DNA of 15,003 nucleotides from a virus (Duplodnaviria; Heunggongvirae; Uroviricota; Caudoviricetes): IMG/VR virus record IMGVR_UViG_2734482594_000016; one strand, 5' to 3'. Shown piece by piece: positions 12,477 to 15,003 of this stretch (position 1 is its first letter; each line of letters starts with the position of its first letter). The notes under the pieces were generated by a model. It saw only the letters and a program-made list of their open reading frames with translations, ran no database searches and was not told where the DNA came from. The position numbers and the translations under genes were made by a program.

Positions 12477-13442
12477 TTAATTATCAGTAGATTGTTCCTC
12501 TAGTAACAACTCAATTTTGCTTAGTATTTCTTTAGATATTTTGCGGCTATCAATTTTTATAGTTACAAAATTCCCTTTATATCTAGCCGTGATCCCTTCC
12601 CCATATTTTTTCTCGTCTTTTGTTTTTTCCTCGTCGCCAACCAGAACAGAGTCAGATAATATTTGTATAATCCGTGAAGCTTCTAAATCCTCGCCGTTTT
12701 TTTTTATTGTCAGAAGATGATGAGCAGCATTGCTCATGGCAGCCATGTTTTTTTTGTAAATCTTAAACAAAGAATCTCCAGCACGAGCTGACAGTTCTCC
12801 TGGATGATTGAAGATAGCTAATATATCTTTTGGTAGACCAGCTGTATTAATACAGCGAGTGATAATATTTCTATCTATATTTTCAGCCTCGGCCAATGCT
12901 TTAACGTTACCATCAAAGTCATTTAGCTTGCGTAAGTATCTCTTTCCTCTTTCGTATGCACTAATAGGCCTATAATCGTTACCAATTTGGGATAACCAAT
13001 GCATCTGTTCATCGTCGAGATCACCAATTAAGACGCGATAGTCACATCCTGTTAATATCGCTGCTTTTCTTCTACGTGAGCCGTCAGCGACTTCAACGAT
13101 TCCAGATACTTTTCTGGCGAAAGCTGGATTTTGTTGTCCAGACGTTAGAAAAGATGGGATTAAATCGGCTAGAGAGGATTCATTTAATAAATCTTGATCG
13201 CGTTCATTACCTAGCCATACCATTGTTGCCATTTCAACTTTATCTGCGGGAATTGTCTCTAACTTAAAGTTAACATTACGTCCGCATACTGGCAAAGTTA
13301 TGCTGTTACCGGTTAATGAACTCAGTTGACGTTTTAAATCACCAACCATAGGTGATACGGGCTGATGTTCAGGGGCATGATGATTATTACTCATAATGCG
13401 ATTAATATCTGGAGCATTTTTTAGAAGAGAGCGCTGTTTCAT
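12477..13442 (-). CDS. sopB: SopB/ParB-family centromere-binding partition protein (321 aa)
   Basis: Translation has ITLPVCGRNVNFKLE, WLGNERDQDLL, GSRRRKAA (ParB box), DYRVLIGDLDDEQM, YRPISAYERG and HPGELSARAGD, closely paralleling F-plasmid SopB as I remember it. Start ATG overlaps the sopA stop (ATGA-type coupling). Confidence 0.9.
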   Translation of the reverse strand: MKQRSLLKNAPDINRIMSNNHHAPEHQPVSPMVGDLKRQLSSLTGNSITLPVCGRNVNFKLETIPADKVEMATMVWLGNERDQDLLNESSLADLIPSFLTSGQQNPAFARKVSGIVEVADGSRRRKAAILTGCDYRVLIGDLDDEQMHWLSQIGNDYRPISAYERGKRYLRKLNDFDGNVKALAEAENIDRNIITRCINTAGLPKDILAIFNHPGELSARAGDSLFKIYKKNMAAMSNAAHHLLTIKKNGEDLEASRIIQILSDSVLVGDEEKTKDEKKYGEGITARYKGNFVTIKIDSRKISKEILSKIELLLEEQSTDN

Positions 13443-14608
13443 TATTCGTTCTCCCAGCGAGGTTTTATTAGATCATCAAAAATTTCTCTGCAAACAGGGT
13501 CCCATATAGAAACAGCATTTCTCCATGCATTCAATGTTGAACGTTGGTTTGCTGCTTGTTCAAATACTGTTCTCATTTTTATCTGGCCTTTACCTACTTC
13601 ATCGGTAACGCGTACAACCTGACGTAATACCATTGATCCCCATGTATTTCTTATTTGTTCTTCCATCCATCGTGATTGATTCCCTGTAGTGAGACTATAT
13701 TTAGTCAGAAGTAAGCGAACGGTTGGCTCAAATCCACCTAGGTCAACGCTTTCCAATAGATCGAGAAGCATTGTGAAAAACTGTAGAACAGAAGCGTAAT
13801 CAAATAATTCTGCAGGTGTAGCAACAACAATAACGTCAGCGGCACAAACAACGTTAATGGTTCCTGTACCGAGGTTCGGAGCACTATCTATAACGATAAC
13901 ATCGTAGTTATCCCAAACTGATTCAATAGCTGCGCGCAGCATAAGGTGTGGAGGATGAGGCAATTTACCCTGAGCATGATATTGCATGAGATCTGTTTCT
14001 ATACGATGTAAAGCTAGGCAGCTAGGGATAATGTCTAGCCCAGGCCAACATGTTGGCTTTATAGCATATTCAGCGTTATCGCGTTCTCCTAAGTAAAATG
14101 GCAGTAAAGTATCCTCGGCATGGATATGTAAATCAGGAACATAACCGTGATACATAGAGGCTGTACCTTGAGGATCGTTACCTTCAACCAAAAGAACACG
14201 ATGACCTTGTAATGCTAACCATTGAGCTTGATGTACCGCAGACGATGTTTTATAAACGCCGCCTTTGTGTGACATAACGGCAAGAACAACAGGGTTTTTA
14301 TCTTGTGGTCGTTGGTTTGGGTTGCCAAAAACTGCTCGCATACTGTTGATTTGATCTATGGTATAACCAGCACGACGTTCAATTCTTCCTCTCATTTCAA
14401 AGTCAGGTGCAGGTAAACGCCCGCTCTTCTCAGCATCTCTAATTGCTTGAGGAGTTACACCAATTAAATCTGCTACTTCAGTAATACCCCATCGGCGGGT
14501 GATACGCCGAGCTTCAGGACTATCATCACCGAATTGAGCGATAGCAATTGCTTGGGTCATTTCTTGACCTCTCGTAACACAATCTTGCAATAGCTTTTTC
14601 AAAGACAT
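13442..14608 (-). CDS. sopA: SopA/ParA-family partition ATPase, type Ia with N-terminal HTH extension (388 aa)
   Basis: Deviant Walker A SHKGGVYKTS; N-terminal region AIAIAQFGDDSPEARRITRRWGITEVADLIGVTPQAIRDAEKSGRLP; long stretches match F SopA from memory (VLLVEGNDPQGTASMYHGYVPDLHIHAEDTLLPFYLGE..., KPTCWPGLDIIPSCLALHRIE). GGAG lies 9 nt upstream of the ATG. Confidence 0.9.
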   Translation of the reverse strand: MSLKKLLQDCVTRGQEMTQAIAIAQFGDDSPEARRITRRWGITEVADLIGVTPQAIRDAEKSGRLPAPDFEMRGRIERRAGYTIDQINSMRAVFGNPNQRPQDKNPVVLAVMSHKGGVYKTSSAVHQAQWLALQGHRVLLVEGNDPQGTASMYHGYVPDLHIHAEDTLLPFYLGERDNAEYAIKPTCWPGLDIIPSCLALHRIETDLMQYHAQGKLPHPPHLMLRAAIESVWDNYDVIVIDSAPNLGTGTINVVCAADVIVVATPAELFDYASVLQFFTMLLDLLESVDLGGFEPTVRLLLTKYSLTTGNQSRWMEEQIRNTWGSMVLRQVVRVTDEVGKGQIKMRTVFEQAANQRSTLNAWRNAVSIWDPVCREIFDDLIKPRWENE

Positions 14609-14629
14609 ACTGTCATCTCCAGCTTGTAA

Positions 14630-14707
14630 CTTTGCTTAATAATTAAATCTTTGCTTATTTCTAGCAAATTTGCATGAAAAAGGCAAAGCAAAAAGAAAAA
14701 CGCAAAG
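14630..14707 (-). promoter_or_regulatory. Putative sopAB promoter/operator with repeated CTTTGC / GCAAAG hexamers
   Basis: CTTTGC at 14630-14635 and 14649-14654; GCAAAG at 14683-14688 and 14702-14707; palindrome GCAAATTTGC at 14664-14673. A possible sigma70 promoter on the - strand is -35 TTGCTA (plus 14662-14667) with a TAATTA-like -10 about 17 bp downstream. CTTTGC repeats are the SopA autorepressor sites in F as I recall. Confidence 0.45.
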
Positions 14708-14896
14708 GAGAATTTTTAAGCTAAATCATCTTTTGTTCCCCTCCCGAAATGCATAAAACGAACAACAACATAATCATAAGTAATTGATATTTATTATATT
14801 TTTTGAAGAAAGGAAATCATGTAAAACTAGGGAAACATGATAAGAATCATCAATGAGATACGTTTTCTCTATTAGTTCTCCCAACCTTACCAATAC

Positions 14897-14964
14897 AAGA
14901 ACACAAATAAAGAACACAAAAACTAAGTAATGATGCAAACATAATAAAGAACACAAATAAAGAA
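14897..14964. repeat. Two exact 18-bp direct repeats AAGAACACAAATAAAGAA (14897-14914, 14947-14964) plus a partial third copy at 14911-14921
   Basis: Seen directly in an AT-rich, apparently non-coding stretch upstream of the sopA operator. Confidence 0.7.
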
Positions 14965-15003
14965 TTAAAGCTAAATGTTAAATAAAGCAGTACACAAAAT
15001 GAG

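Noticed and set aside
13498-13504. GGTCCCA heptamer resembling half of the F sopC inverted-repeat core
   Set aside because: Single occurrence inside the sopA coding sequence with no nearby inverted partner TGGGACC; most likely chance.
14774-14956. 60-aa - strand ORF in the AT-rich region upstream of sopA
   Set aside because: No ribosome-binding site noted, hydrophobic low-complexity translation from AT-rich DNA, and it overlaps the direct repeats; more likely non-coding regulatory sequence.
14609-15003. N15-type protelomerase target palindrome (telRL/tos) to the right of sopA
   Set aside because: I found no long perfect palindrome in the ~400 bp available; the phage-plasmid idea is therefore left as a hypothesis and not annotated as a feature.

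Overview
This window reads as the distal tail end of a lambdoid (lambda/Rac-like) enterobacterial prophage, followed by an F-type sopAB plasmid-partition cassette. All gene identifications are from reading the translations against remembered lambda and F-plasmid proteins; no database search was possible. On the + strand the order is tail assembly gene I (3' part), host-specificity gene J, a lom-like outer-membrane gene, a long side-tail-fibre gene stf, and the fibre assembly gene tfa. A hairpin follows tfa, then sopB and sopA lie on the - strand with a CTTTGC-repeat operator region and an AT-rich repeat-bearing stretch upstream. The window is not a clean contiguous locus: three N runs (1930-2212, 4301-4559, 7408-7595) fall in mid-gene and are flanked by near-identical repeats. 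The 3' end of J appears three times in two sequence variants, one copy inverted at the left edge, and lom appears twice. This looks most like a draft-assembly scaffold threading through several similar prophages, though real rearrangement cannot be excluded from sequence alone. I see no defence system or clearly novel gene; the most unusual features are the tail-fibre/partition juxtaposition, the mosaic J and stf genes, and the repeats upstream of sopA.
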